Source: Dudresnaya verticillata
Lineage: Eukaryota
Length of the DNA stretch: 64,000 nucleotides
Assembly (NCBI GenBank): GCA_977862235.1
Contig: OZ374562.1
Coordinates: forward strand, 62,001-126,000
Direction of reading: 5' to 3'
Shown here: piece by piece, positions 1 through 12,050 of the stretch
Numbering within the stretch: position 1 is the first letter of the stretch
How the letters are laid out: the number at the start of each line of letters is the position of its first letter
Made by a program: the position numbers and the translations under genes
The notes under the pieces: generated by a model
What the model saw: the letters and a program-made list of their open reading frames with translations, nothing else
Database searches by the model: none
What the model was told of the DNA's origin: nothing

Positions 1-2
1 AT

Positions 3-779
3 CCGTCCGTCACTGGTGTACAACTCCCGAGATACAAGAAATTCAAGAAGAATATCGACGTGTCAGTGTCTGTCATTTTCAGCACCGCAGCATTCCGGGT
101 AGGTCACACCATGGTCGGTAACCAGATCAACCGTCGCGGTCGCAAGAACAAGAAACTGCCACCAATCTCCTTTTGCGATATGTTCTTCAACCTGGCAAGT
201 TTCTTCAAGAGGAAGGGCTTCCTTGAGTCGGTCGTCCGTGGTGCTCTTGTGAACCGTGCTCAGAAGGTCGATATCCAGGTGCGAGACGCACTACGAAACT
301 TTCTTTTTGATGACGTCCCAGTTGAGGAAGGCTTCGACCTTGTTGCTATGAACCTTCAAAGGGGAAGGGATCATGCCCTGCCGTCGTATAATGCAGTCTG
401 CACTCGGTTTGGTCTCCGCAAGAAGAGGAGGTTCTCCCAGATCACGAAGAACAAGAACATTCAGTCCAACTTGGCAACTGCCTACAGGCGGGTAGAGATG
501 GTCGAGGCCTGGCCTGGCATGCTCGCAGAAGATTTGAGAAAGGGTTCTTCCCTCCCACCGTGTATCTTAGCTATTTGGCAATCGGAATTCAGGAGGCTTC
601 GTGACGGCGATGTCTTTTATTATGAGAACGGGAAACAATTTTCGGACGATTTGATGGACAAGATTCCAAGGGTGAAGGACTTGTTCAATGACAACGTTGA
701 CACTTTCAAGGAAATTATTCTTCGACACAGTGACGTTAGGGCGCGAGAGCTGCCGAAGAAGCTGTTCTTTTGGAAGTAG
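3..779 (+). CDS. Animal-type heme peroxidase (peroxidase-cyclooxygenase superfamily), 3' part; truncated by the window start
   Basis: The frame is open from nt 3 (PSVTGVQLPRYKKF...). It contains the proximal His motif STAAFRVGHT, plus DLVAMNLQRGRDH and EFRRLRDGD. It is colinear with the paralog at 8041-9774. Confidence 0.92.
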   Translation, partial: PSVTGVQLPRYKKFKKNIDVSVSVIFSTAAFRVGHTMVGNQINRRGRKNKKLPPISFCDMFFNLASFFKRKGFLESVVRGALVNRAQKVDIQVRDALRNFLFDDVPVEEGFDLVAMNLQRGRDHALPSYNAVCTRFGLRKKRRFSQITKNKNIQSNLATAYRRVEMVEAWPGMLAEDLRKGSSLPPCILAIWQSEFRRLRDGDVFYYENGKQFSDDLMDKIPRVKDLFNDNVDTFKEIILRHSDVRARELPKKLFFWK

Positions 780-3280
780 ACCCATACCAAGATCGCAAGT
801 ATGTTTTTATCTAATGACAGGACATCGAGTGCACGAGGAAATTCACGCCCATGATTCTTAACGCCAGAGGGATTCATATACACATAAACTTCAAAACATC
901 ACAGTCTATTGAATGGACATACCAAGCGGGTTTATGGGATTACAAAACCGCACGGCTCTGATCCGCGCCTTTCCTATTCCTGAAATGTTTGAACCACCAG
1001 CATTGGCTTACGAACTGCTTCCCATAGTTTTACCTTATTCGAACATAATCCATTATTCGAAGGTAGCATTCTGTCCTCTCTTTTTTGCAGCAGTTGCAAG
1101 GATGCTAATTGCGAAACTTCTCACCCACAAAACGCCAGCAGCAACTCGTTGGCTCATGCGAGGTGTACAGTTCGTGAATGTGATATCTTCTCACTCTTGT
1201 ATGTTCTTAACCCGTTGATTAATATTTTCTGTATAGGTCGAACCAAAATGCTCTTTTCGTCGAAAGAGGAACACGTTTTCCCAACCCCGGGTAGAGAAGG
1301 TATTATACCACCCCCAATTGGAACGAGCTTTGGCAACAGAGCCGTTTCTCGCCTGCTCCGCGGGGTCTTGGGTGCGTGCTTCCCTTCTTGATGTACTCGT
1401 GAGCACCCTAGAAGATGATATCGGCGTTCATCTGACGAGAAACTCATACCCAGTGCTAGTAAAATGCTTGATAGACATCTTGAAGGAGGGTCCTCTTCGC
1501 TTTCCTGCATTCCATTACTTCGAAAGCTCTCTCTCATAGCGCATGCACGAGGCGACTTGGAGCACTTCAAAAATAGAACAGCTCGTAGACTACAAGCGGT
1601 ACAGGGCGCGTTACCCTCATCCTTGTTTAGCTACAATCGATTGGGGAAGAGGGCTACTGCACAAACCGGATCAAAAGTGCATTCTCCCAGAAATGGTAAC
1701 TGTATTATTCATTCTCTGCTGCATAATAGTCTACACTTAGAAAACAATGAGGAAAGAAAGTCGGAGATTCCCTGGACTCGTTGCTCTCGGTAACGAATTA
1801 TCAAATTACCAGGAGCAGAGCTCTTCTAAGTATATGCATTGGCATCTTTCGAACGATGCCACTGCGATGGATGTATAGTTTTATTCCGCTATCAGCGACC
1901 TCTGCGTGGTACGCATCTGTCCGGGTGCTGTCGAAGACAGTTGCTATCCACTCTGCGACCCTTCACAGTCGAAGCTTTGACAAGTCTTGAAATTCACAGC
2001 TTAAATAGCTAGAACAGGGGATCCATCCACTTAACCAAATCCTGACGGGGTTGAGTTTTGGGAGGAACGCAGAAGACAAACCTACACAGTATTGGAGAAG
2101 CTGCTAGCTTTATACCGTATCTATTGTCTCTTCGTTACGTGTATTGTAGATTATATCGATTACAGCAACCTTCACGTGTATCGCCAGAAAACCCTACATA
2201 TATTTGACAGGAGTCGTAGGTACAGTGCTTCTTCCGCAGCTCTTCTGAGATGCTTACTTGAAACACTCCATACCATGTAAAGTAGTCTCGAGACTCCCCA
2301 AAGATCACGGGATTTGGTCGATCATCTACCTTCTTATTGTCGGTAGGAGCACGGCTTTGTACTGTGGATGTGTGTGTTTACTATGCTGGTCCTATCATGC
2401 TTACCACTCGACACCGCTAGACTGCTCCTCATAGCCATGGTTGCAACTTTTGCTAAAGATAAGGGCTACTGTTTTCATAAGATCTCACTGCACAAAGGGC
2501 TAGAAGATTGGAGTAGATCAACTGTTCTTGAGAGAAGGACTCTATGAGTATTTATTTTCGTGGAAGTGCTTCGTGTTTCTGTATTCCATGCGTATGCAGT
2601 TCCACTAGTGCTTTGCACAAACTTAATTGTGCTTGACACCATAACTAATCGCTCTTATGGAGGCCTTCAGATAGCTCTTCCTATTCCATTCTCGCTGTGT
2701 ATTCACATACGCATGTTGTATGCGTACTACACAGCTTCGAGAATAAATGTTTTGGATGCAGAGAACTTTCGAGATACTTTGCAGGATACTGTAACGACAC
2801 AGAATTACCCAACGTAAGCAGTGAAGGAGAATGCAGATGGTTTATATTACTTCGCTTGAGAAGAGTGCGAGGCCCGGGAGGTCATTGAAGTGGTAGGGTG
2901 ACACGTTCGCGCGCATGTCAGTATATTAGTTCAAACATAGTGCACGCTATCTATTTAATGCTTTACATTAGCTGTCCAGATTGCAAGTAAACTGTAGAAG
3001 AAAAGTTTCCCGACCGCTAGTTATTGCATCTCTTCCTCTTGAAGGCTGCAACACAAAGCGCTCGATACACAGTAAGCACCTTGAATTTCTACAGGACTAT
3101 AATAATAGATGAAAGTGCTTCGTACGCATAAAGACACCCAGATACAACTAACGAAGTTCTGGGTCAGGGCAGTTCTTTTCCTTTCATGACAGTCGGTTGC
3201 GAGAAATGTCATGGTTCTCATCACACCAGAAACCCGAGTCATAATGATGCCTCTCAATTCCGCGCATGGTGTGGACTCCA

Positions 3281-3341
3281 TACTCTTAATATGACTCCAC
3301 ATCGTGGAGTCATACCACACTGTGGAGTCATATTAAGAGTA
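3281..3341. mobile_element. Ultra-short TA-flanked inverted-repeat element (Tc1/mariner-type MITE-like)
   Basis: Perfect 21-bp inverted repeat, TACTCTTAATATGACTCCACA (3281-3301) / TGTGGAGTCATATTAAGAGTA (3321-3341), around a 19-nt spacer. The outer TA dinucleotides fit a TA target-site duplication. Confidence 0.6.
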
Positions 3342-5175
3342 CAAACAGAGACTGCGTCGGAGCTTCTTGATACGAGTTTATGTTCTCACATTCCGCTGTT
3401 GAATGACGCAGTAAAGCTCTCCGCTTCTCAATTCAAAGCGAGCGAGGTGCATCACCTCTTTAGCTTGATGTTGGAACAGAAAAGGACCGTACTTGGAAAT
3501 GTGTTGGACCATTCCAGTTTTCCAGTTAGTTTGAGCACCAGCTAACTAGAGCAGAAGGTCCAGAACAGAATTGTGAATTGCTAGCAGGGCACAAATCTTT
3601 AATGGATAAATTACATGAGAACTCATTCGTCTTAGTTTTGTGGTGCAAACTGAGTTATTTGAATATGAAGAGTTTCGGCCTACCGGAGAGGAATGAATCA
3701 TTAATCGCCTAGCGACTGTAAAACATAATGCTCATCAGAAACTTGGTGAAGGTAATATACAATGTAAACAGCAACTTTCGCTGACTGATATCCCAAGAAA
3801 GTAGTCTGGCTTGTCTTGCGTTGAAGCACAACCAACCAACTCATGCACGTCTCACTGTCTTTGATTTCATTACAGAGAGGGAATCAATTTCCTATGCCTA
3901 ACTCGTTCCTACTTCCTGTTAAATGAAAAAGCTAACCGTAGCCATAATCGCACTCGTATGCAACGAGAAGTATGAAAATATGTATTCGGAGAAGACGTTT
4001 TATCTCAAGTCCCGAGGAGAACAAACGCTTCAGCAATGGTCATTTAACGTCCGTACAGTGTGTGAGGTTTGTTACAGGTTGCTCTTAAATGACCTGGAGA
4101 GCATGCATACTGGTACGTGTTTATTGACATACCCAGGCCGTGAAAGTGCTGTTCTAAATACAAAAAGACGTACTAAAACCGTTTCAATTTTACCTACAAC
4201 GAAACTCGTTAGATTTTTAGCGATAATAATGGAATAATGCCTTTCCGATCTTCGAGTATTGAGTATGAATTCTTTCTTGATGCAGACCTTTGGTACACAG
4301 TGCAAGTAAAAAAAGTTTCAGACTGCCAAGGAAAGAAATTCAAACTTTCTGAGACTTCAGTTTCAAAACGTTTCTAGCCTCCATCTTGGATAAACTACAT
4401 GCCTTCACTATTTGCATAAAAACACAGTAGCGCCCAGAATTCACACTTCGTTCATGGCACTCGTAGCCCCAAACTCCATCACCCAAATGCGTCAGCTACA
4501 TTCCTCTCGCAGGAGGACGAAAAAACCTACAACCTCCCGCCATGCCTCTCTTCAGCATATCAGTAAATTCAGCTAACATGTTCTCCCTCTCACTCTTGCC
4601 TAAAGGATTTTTTAAATATATTGATAGGGCTTTCACATGTTCTGCCTCGAGCTTCACATATCTATGTTTTGAACCGCTTCGCAAGATGCCGATGTCTGAT
4701 AGGGAGGGAAAAGGATCACGGGAATTACATTATTTGCATTAACGCATCGCTGAGAATTTCTGCTCCAAACCACTATTTCCCTATTACACATAAGCAATCG
4801 CTCTAATCAATATGCGTTTGCGTCTCACTTGAGATCTGCAACCACAGCCCGAGGTGTACTATGTGTATGCCCACTACGTAGGATCTTAATCAGGCAGCAT
4901 CACAGCGAAAGAACACGCAGATTATATTATCACAAGATGAGTGACACCAGCTTAGCGGTTTCAATTTGGATGGTCGCCCATAGAGGTCGCAGAATCAGGC
5001 CCAAGATTGTTTGTTTGGTGCGAAGAAGGAGACTATGCTGCGCAAGCTGCAATATTTATGCCACTATGGAATAGTATGCCCACCTATTTTTCTAGGTATT
5101 GTTTATTTTGTTTATTTTTTGTATCAGTAGAATGTAATTTGAGGTATCTGTACGAGTCCACTTCTGAAGGGCTTC

Positions 5176-6300
5176 AGTAGTAGTAGTAGTAGAAGTAGTA
5201 GAACACTTTACTCAAAGAAGAATATAAAGCCCCTTAAGAGGGCTTCAATAATGCATCTCGAGAAGCATACATTACGTGATCAAATATGCAGAGATAATCT
5301 TTCATCATGGTGCTTTCCGAGTCGAGTTCTACCTTGTTTTCTTATTCGCATGTTCACTGCATGTGGGAATTGGAATTAAATTAGTACTTCACAGTGCTAT
5401 TGACAATTTACTGGAGGACTGATAAACTTGGATGAATTCTACCCTTACACATAGGATGGAAATAATATAGTATGTGTACTATTGCTCTCAAGAGTTGAGC
5501 CGAATACTCAATGTCAACTCTCTAGACCTCACTAGCATTTTTTAGTTGGGGTGCTCGGCTAAGACATCCTCTATTATCAATTAAAATTGTGTCGAGTCAG
5601 TGATAGTGCGTACCGGACTATTGAGGTTCAGCGGAAAAGTTGCTGAATCTTACCACGCAGTAGTGCAAGTCTGCTAAGGGATCGCAGAAAACTGAGCTTG
5701 TGTTGCAGTCTAAACGTTCCGTCACCAACCTGGAGCACAAATCTTGTAACCTATTCTTGGGATGCCAACCCAGGGGGCATACTTGGATGCGCCCATACCA
5801 TAACAGCGAAAGAGAATGAAAGAGCTAAAACAATCTGGAGCCTCCCCGCAGTAATCAATGTTTTTGAACATGCTCTGAAAGCCGCGACACATATCGAAAG
5901 CGTGTACTCTAAATTCAGAACTAGCAATAAGAACATATTCATTGCCTTTTGGCAGAATATTGCACTTTGATTGTTCCCGCACTCATGGACGCTAATAAAT
6001 CCTATTCAGAAGTAATTGTTCCAACAGTACGTGAAGATCGAGATTGCAACTATACCTTTGATGTTTGATGTGTCTGTCAAGGCAGTCAAAGGTGCGGGGT
6101 GGAATTCCAATTGGAAAAGTGAAGAGGAGCACAAAAAGCGTAGTGTTTGCTTCATAACATCTCGTATCATACTGTGCAAATATGGTTATGACGGGATGCG
6201 TAGTAGTATCGACTTGGTTCACCTTACTATTTTACATTTCTATATTTTACCATCAACTTATATAACACGCTATAATAATCCTTACCTTCCTGGCATGAGT
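5176..6300 (-). mobile_element. Possible decayed non-LTR retrotransposon 3' end
   Basis: A (TAC)n-type tail lies on the minus strand at 5176-5202. A fragment LVLNLEYTLSI weakly resembles the LINE post-RT xxRxxLEY motif. No intact ORF. Confidence 0.25.
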
Positions 6301-8040
6301 TTTGAGTCTCCTCACAGCTTTCTAAGGATAGCCCAGGGCTCCAGCCATTCTGCTTTGCCTAATATCGCTGCTTGAGCGCAGCACTTCTACATCTCGAGAT
6401 GCCGTGATAACGGTGGTGATATAACTTTAATGCATGTGACCGCACAGGCTGGCCTTCCGAGACATCCGTAGAAGCAGAATCTGGCGAATCACATCCCGGC
6501 TAGTCTCTTATCAACCCGATACTACGCCGCTCTCTTCAGAATCTTGACGCAGAAGTGGATTGTAAAACCCGTCTTTGACGATTGCAGTTATTGCAGGCGA
6601 GAGACAGAAACTTGCAACAAAACAAGGCATCCTGCTATGCTCCTAGTCATACTCCTGTTGGTGCAAGGGTTTGTCCTTTACAGAGATTGCTCATTTGAAA
6701 TATTCTTCTTCAAGGCTGTGTTTCAGAAGCCGACGAGCCAGAGCGTGCCTTTGCTCACAGCACCCATAACCTGTTTCATATATTATTTATTCCCGGTCTA
6801 CTGCAAGCTATTTGCAGAGGTGACCAGAGGTGACTACACACACGACGACTCCCCCCCCGCCCAAGTTCTGGCGCGCGCGCACATCTCTAACAGTCAAGCT
6901 AGTGCACGCGTGTCAATTGCACTTGAACACACACACGATGACAATGATTCGCGAGATTTAAGCTGTCTCATGACGATTGGCTGACGGAGCAAAGCATCTG
7001 CGGAGTTCTTATCCTGCGACTTGCCTGCGACAAAGGTCGTACACAGTCGCAGCCGTTCGGAAGCCTGTCGTACATGAACAGTACAAAGCCCAACACGTCC
7101 CTCTCGTCTGGACAGTTTCCTGGTCTGCGTTGTGTTCTCCGCGATGCTATGCGGCTTAACGGATGGCTCCCTCAGCACCGCCTTGTGTCCACGAGACCAA
7201 TCGAAAAATTCGCTCTCATAGCGAGAGCACTTCTTGTAACACTCCCCACTCGCAGACGCGCCTGCGCTTTGGGATAGGTGTTGTCTCCCTCCCCAACCGC
7301 TATGGCCATTACAGCCGCGTCTCGCGCCTGGCAGGTGGCACGAGTGACCTGTTCTCACAATGGCATTCCACAGAAACACGTGTAGTGTACCGCAGCACAA
7401 TTGCAAAAGTGGTCACCCACGGGGCGAGATATTTCTTGACCCAACAGTCATCTTCTTGATTTGTGAAGCAAGTGGGCTCGAGCCGCTGTTGTTAGGGGCA
7501 GAAAAAAAGCTGCGCCGTTTGTCACGTTCTTCGCATGTTTCTGCCGTCAACCGAAGTACACCACTGGTGCACTCCAAGATCCACTTCCGATACCCAGATA
7601 CCACAGATAAGATAAAAGTGTGTGCCACTGAAAGTCGGCCGCTAGGCACTTCTATCAGCAGATGTAGGCCTCCACGGCAGCATTGCCCAGTAAGGGCCTG
7701 GGAACAGTTAAACTCGCAGGATATAGGCAAAGCAAGCAAAAGCGCCAACCATATCAGAATCTCATGTTGAAGCGAATGATGACACTTCAATCTCCTGCAG
7801 GATTTGCCGCTCATCTTTCTCATCAACACCACTGGTGTTGGTTCATCCGCCGTAGTCATTCTTTTGTTGCCTCTCAAACTGATGTCCAAGTCTTGTTCGA
7901 CTCCCTACACATCTGAGACGGTCGGAAGACACCCGTCGTTGGGACAGAACGGTACTTAAGAACCCGATTCTCGCGTCACGCGCAGAGTCGACCCAGCCTC
8001 CGAGTCCACGGAGCGAAAGTTTGTGTCTCTTTCAACGACC

Positions 8041-9774
8041 ATGGCCGCTTTGGTGCGGGTTACCATTGCCTTCCTGCTTTCAATATGCTTCTTTTCTTTC
8101 TCTCATGCGCAGCAACAGCAACCTCAGGGACGGGACAAGGACCAGTTCCAGCCCCTTGCTCCAGGTTCCCCACTCTTCCAGCGCCGCAAGCGGATCAATT
8201 GTGACCTCAATTTCCGCACAATTGACGGGACTTGTACAAACCCAAGAGGAGGGAGGCGAAAGCTATACGGCTCTACAAACCGTGGACAGCGCTCGTACTT
8301 CTTCTTCCTCAGCACTGACAAAAAGAAAGGCGATGATCTGAAGTCTGCGAGAGAAATTTCAAACATTCTTTTCCAGTCATCCTCAGATGTATACGACCCT
8401 CGAGGGCTCAACGAGATGGCTACCTTCTTCGGGCAATTCATCGATCATAACTTGGTCGCCACACCATCAGACAAGAATGCCCCTTGTCCGATTCCCATCC
8501 CGGACGATGACCCTGTGTTTGGAAATGCCACCTTCTGCGGCAAGGCTATTAACAAGCCCTCATCTGGAAAGCTACCATTCTTCCGCTCCATGCGCGTACC
8601 CACTGGCTTTGGTAGACGGGAGCGTCCGCAAAACTCTTTAACGTCTGCGGTGGACCTTGACGCCGTGTACGGCCCTAGCGAAGAGCGAAACAACGCCTTA
8701 CGAACCAAAACCGATGGTTTGATGAAGGTTTCTGCTGGTGACCTTCCGCCTTTCAACACCGGAGGGTTTAACAATGCTCCAGACTCGAAAAGCAGCTCGT
8801 TTTTCTTTACGGGTGACCATCGGGCGAATGAGCACCCTGTCTTGACTTCTTTGCATACATTGTTCTTGCGAGAGCATAATTCGTTGGCAGCTGAGCTCAA
8901 GGCCGCATACCCGTATTGGGACGACAATCGCCTGTTCCTGACTGCACGCAAGATCAACATAGCACAGTTTCAGAAGATCGTATTTTACGACTGGCTTCCA
9001 TCAGTAACTGGCTTCCAACTACCTCGATTCAGAAGGTTTAAGTCTCGTTTTGACCTTACAATATCTGTAGAGTTCTCTACTGCAGCTTTCAGGGTAGGGC
9101 ACACCATGGTGGGGAATGGCGTTAGCCGTCGTGGACCAGGAAACACAGTGCTACCGTCAATTGCCTTCTGCAATATGTTCTTTAACATGGTTGGGACTTT
9201 CCAAAAACCCGGTGCCCTAGAGTCTTTTGTCCTGGGCGCACTTCGAAACAGAGCTCAAAAAGTGGATCTAGAAGTTCGGGACTCGCTTCGCAATTTCCTT
9301 TTCGAGAACGTTAATGGAGAGGATGGCTTTGACCTAGTTGCATTGAATATTCAACGCGGACGAGATCACGCTCTACCGACTTACAACGAGATCCGAAGGA
9401 GGTTTGGCATAGCTCCGGCAAAGAGTTTCTCTGGTATTACGAGTAACGCTGCAGTCCAATCGAAGTTGATGAATGCTTACGGGACTGTAGACAAAGTTGA
9501 AGCGTGGCCTGGCATGCTTGCCGAGGATCTCAAGGCTGGCTCTTCGCTGCCCCCTCTCATCCTTCGAATATGGCAGTCAGAATTTCTCAGGCTTCGTGAC
9601 GGGGACTTCTTCTTCTATTTGAACCGCCGCAGGTTTGACGGGGATCTTATCACCGATATCCCGCGTGTGAGGGAGTTGTTCGATATCAGGGTTGACACGT
9701 ACAAGGCTATCATTCTCAGACACACAGGAATCGCTCCAGGTGACCTTCCTAAGAAGATGTTCTTCTGGAACTGA
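8041..9774 (+). CDS. Secreted animal-type heme peroxidase
   Basis: ATG at 8041 followed by a hydrophobic signal peptide. Motifs: FRTIDGTCTN, distal GQFIDH, GDHRANE (distal Arg and Glu), proximal AAFRVGHT, LNIQRGRDH and RLRDGD. Confidence 0.95.
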   Translation: MAALVRVTIAFLLSICFFSFSHAQQQQPQGRDKDQFQPLAPGSPLFQRRKRINCDLNFRTIDGTCTNPRGGRRKLYGSTNRGQRSYFFFLSTDKKKGDDLKSAREISNILFQSSSDVYDPRGLNEMATFFGQFIDHNLVATPSDKNAPCPIPIPDDDPVFGNATFCGKAINKPSSGKLPFFRSMRVPTGFGRRERPQNSLTSAVDLDAVYGPSEERNNALRTKTDGLMKVSAGDLPPFNTGGFNNAPDSKSSSFFFTGDHRANEHPVLTSLHTLFLREHNSLAAELKAAYPYWDDNRLFLTARKINIAQFQKIVFYDWLPSVTGFQLPRFRRFKSRFDLTISVEFSTAAFRVGHTMVGNGVSRRGPGNTVLPSIAFCNMFFNMVGTFQKPGALESFVLGALRNRAQKVDLEVRDSLRNFLFENVNGEDGFDLVALNIQRGRDHALPTYNEIRRRFGIAPAKSFSGITSNAAVQSKLMNAYGTVDKVEAWPGMLAEDLKAGSSLPPLILRIWQSEFLRLRDGDFFFYLNRRRFDGDLITDIPRVRELFDIRVDTYKAIILRHTGIAPGDLPKKMFFWN

Positions 9775-10784
9775 AATATTCTTAATAATCCCACAGTTAG
9801 CAGCAGGTGTTCCATAGCGGTTTGTAGAAGAGGTAACGTAGTTGTTGTGGCTAGTATCAGTAAAGAACGGAGAGTACAGCAATGTTGATGATAGAGATGT
9901 GTAGCACACCTCTGTGTCCAATATCAGCTGTCCGATGGAAATATCCGATCTGTGACGCAGGTGCTGCGATTGACAGACAGAACGTAGGCGCCAATTGTTC
10001 TTCGCGGCATTTTCGCGCACGTCACGGTGTCACTGGAGTAGCTGTCAGCAGGTGTTTTTCGATGTTCCTGGACGGAGAAGACTAACGCGGATTTGCCCTA
10101 ATGTCAGTCCTATTCGGACGTTGCAGTCCTATTTGTATGTGTGAGATTGAAACAGCGGTAATTGTTGTTAGAAAAGATAATCATTTTCCTAGTAGCGGAG
10201 CAAATCTCAAGGCGCCGTGCTTGCCCCGGTTGCATGTGTATGGATTGCGTCAAAAAGGTTAGCTAACAATATTTGGTGTTACCATAATCCTCACCAATAA
10301 AACGAATTGTCTATGGGGAATAGTTTTGAAAAATGCTGGTTCCTGCGGGGTCAGATGCAGAAGGGAAATGACGGGCATGCCTCAAACTATCACGACACGA
10401 CCTCATAGTTTGTCGAATCTCGTTGCTTCGCATGAAATTGTTCTCAAATTGTCACACGACGTACAACTATTGTATACGTATCCCTTCAAGGCCACTGAAG
10501 GGGCGTCTCTGCACCGAAGTGACAATTAAAATCCATCATGCAGCAACAGGGAAGGAAAGTCCACTTTGCATGATGTAGTCATACCTAAAGTTCTAGCTCA
10601 CGCAATGCTTCTTTCAAGCACACGAACTAGAGATGCTAGGAAATTACAAACGCATTACCCACAGGGGATATAGCTGTCCCTAGGAATGAGATGTCAAATC
10701 TAGACGGCGACGGTTGATATTCACGGCGGCAGTATGAAGGATTTGGGAACTGAGCTTAATTATAAGGGCGTCACGTTCCGCAAG

Positions 10785-12050
10785 CTAAGAAGTGCAACGA
10801 AGGATGGCTAAAAAGTTGATAATGCTGCGGAGGACGCGTTCCATTCCAGGGCCTAGGGTAGGTACCCTATACTGTATATAAAACGAGAGAGAGTGCTGAT
10901 CGGAGGTAAGCTCAGTGCAAAAGAGAACCATACTTGACATCCTTTTGGGTAATAAACTACGGATGAGGTGACAAACGACATGCAAACTTGGAAAAAATAA
11001 CAGAGAGATTGATGCCCTATTAGATTCCTCTACTTGTTTGATCAAAGTCACGCAGGACATTGCCTTGAAGGTCGCAAACAGCTCCACGCCACGCAGCTGA
11101 GGTACAGAATGTATGGAGCTGGAGCTTCAACCCAGCAATGCATTACTCAATAGACAGATCATGACTGTGATTCGTTTCCTGGAGGTTACACACACGGTTC
11201 GGCTGTGGCAACGAGTTGTCACCAATCTGGTACGAACGAATACAGTCACACGACATACGGTAAAGTGACTCAAATTCTGCAGAAAATCTTCATTCATTCT
11301 TACTGTAGGAAAAGCGAAGTGCGTTTTCGTCTAAACTTCGCGTTTGTCGACGGCAGTTTGGAGTCAGGTTTCTCAATAAGCATTCGACAGAACCTTTGTC
11401 AGCTGCAGAGCAACGGAGACGAGAACTATACACAACTCCCTTTTGAGAGACTGGCAGAATTGTTCCAAGGAACACGTATTGGTATCCGCCGATGTTTGTA
11501 ACTTTACGAGCGGAACAATGGATGGCATGCGTGTGGTTGATTGGCCTTGTGAGAGGTGTCAACCAGTGATGGTTCACGTTCATTGATTATTGAAGGTGGT
11601 CGTACTCGGGACGACCAACGCGAATACAGAATAAAGGCGCAACAGCACTGACCCTATATGGGGCCAAAGTAGCAAAGAAGTGGATGCAGATGGTGGATAG
11701 GGAGGTGACTCGGAGAGCGGGGGAAGAAGTGTGCCAGTACCCAGTATCTACGACAAGGCCCTATACCCACCGAAGCACACTATTGCCTACGTCAATTGCT
11801 GTGCTTTTGTCATGTCGTTGCTGGCGGACAGGAAGGGTAGATGGCTTTTTGCGACTGGCACAAGCTGTTGCACCGGATAAGCCAAATGGCCCGATTAATG
11901 CCGCGACGAGTGGTTTGCGGACTGGCCGTTGGAGTACAAAGTGAACAGACTGCGAGAATCGCGAGCGGGAACAGCAGCAGAAGGGGCGATGCTTGGGATG
12001 GAAGGGCTCCCCCAGACACCAACGGACTGCAACAATGCAATAGCACAGGA
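10785..12050 (-). mobile_element. Probable decayed LINE-like RT/RNase H remnant
   Basis: Broken frames give GGALPSQASPLLLLF (cf. RT GVPQGSxLSPLLF). Downstream are VELFATFKAM and IQYRVPTLGPGMER (cf. RNase H AELxAIxxAL and WVPxHxGxxGNExAD), in the expected order. Confidence 0.35.

Noticed and set aside
1318..1740. Same-frame ORF pair separated by one stop, with a faint chromodomain-like IEQLVDYKR
   Set aside because: Similarity is too weak to call a retroelement or a readthrough gene.
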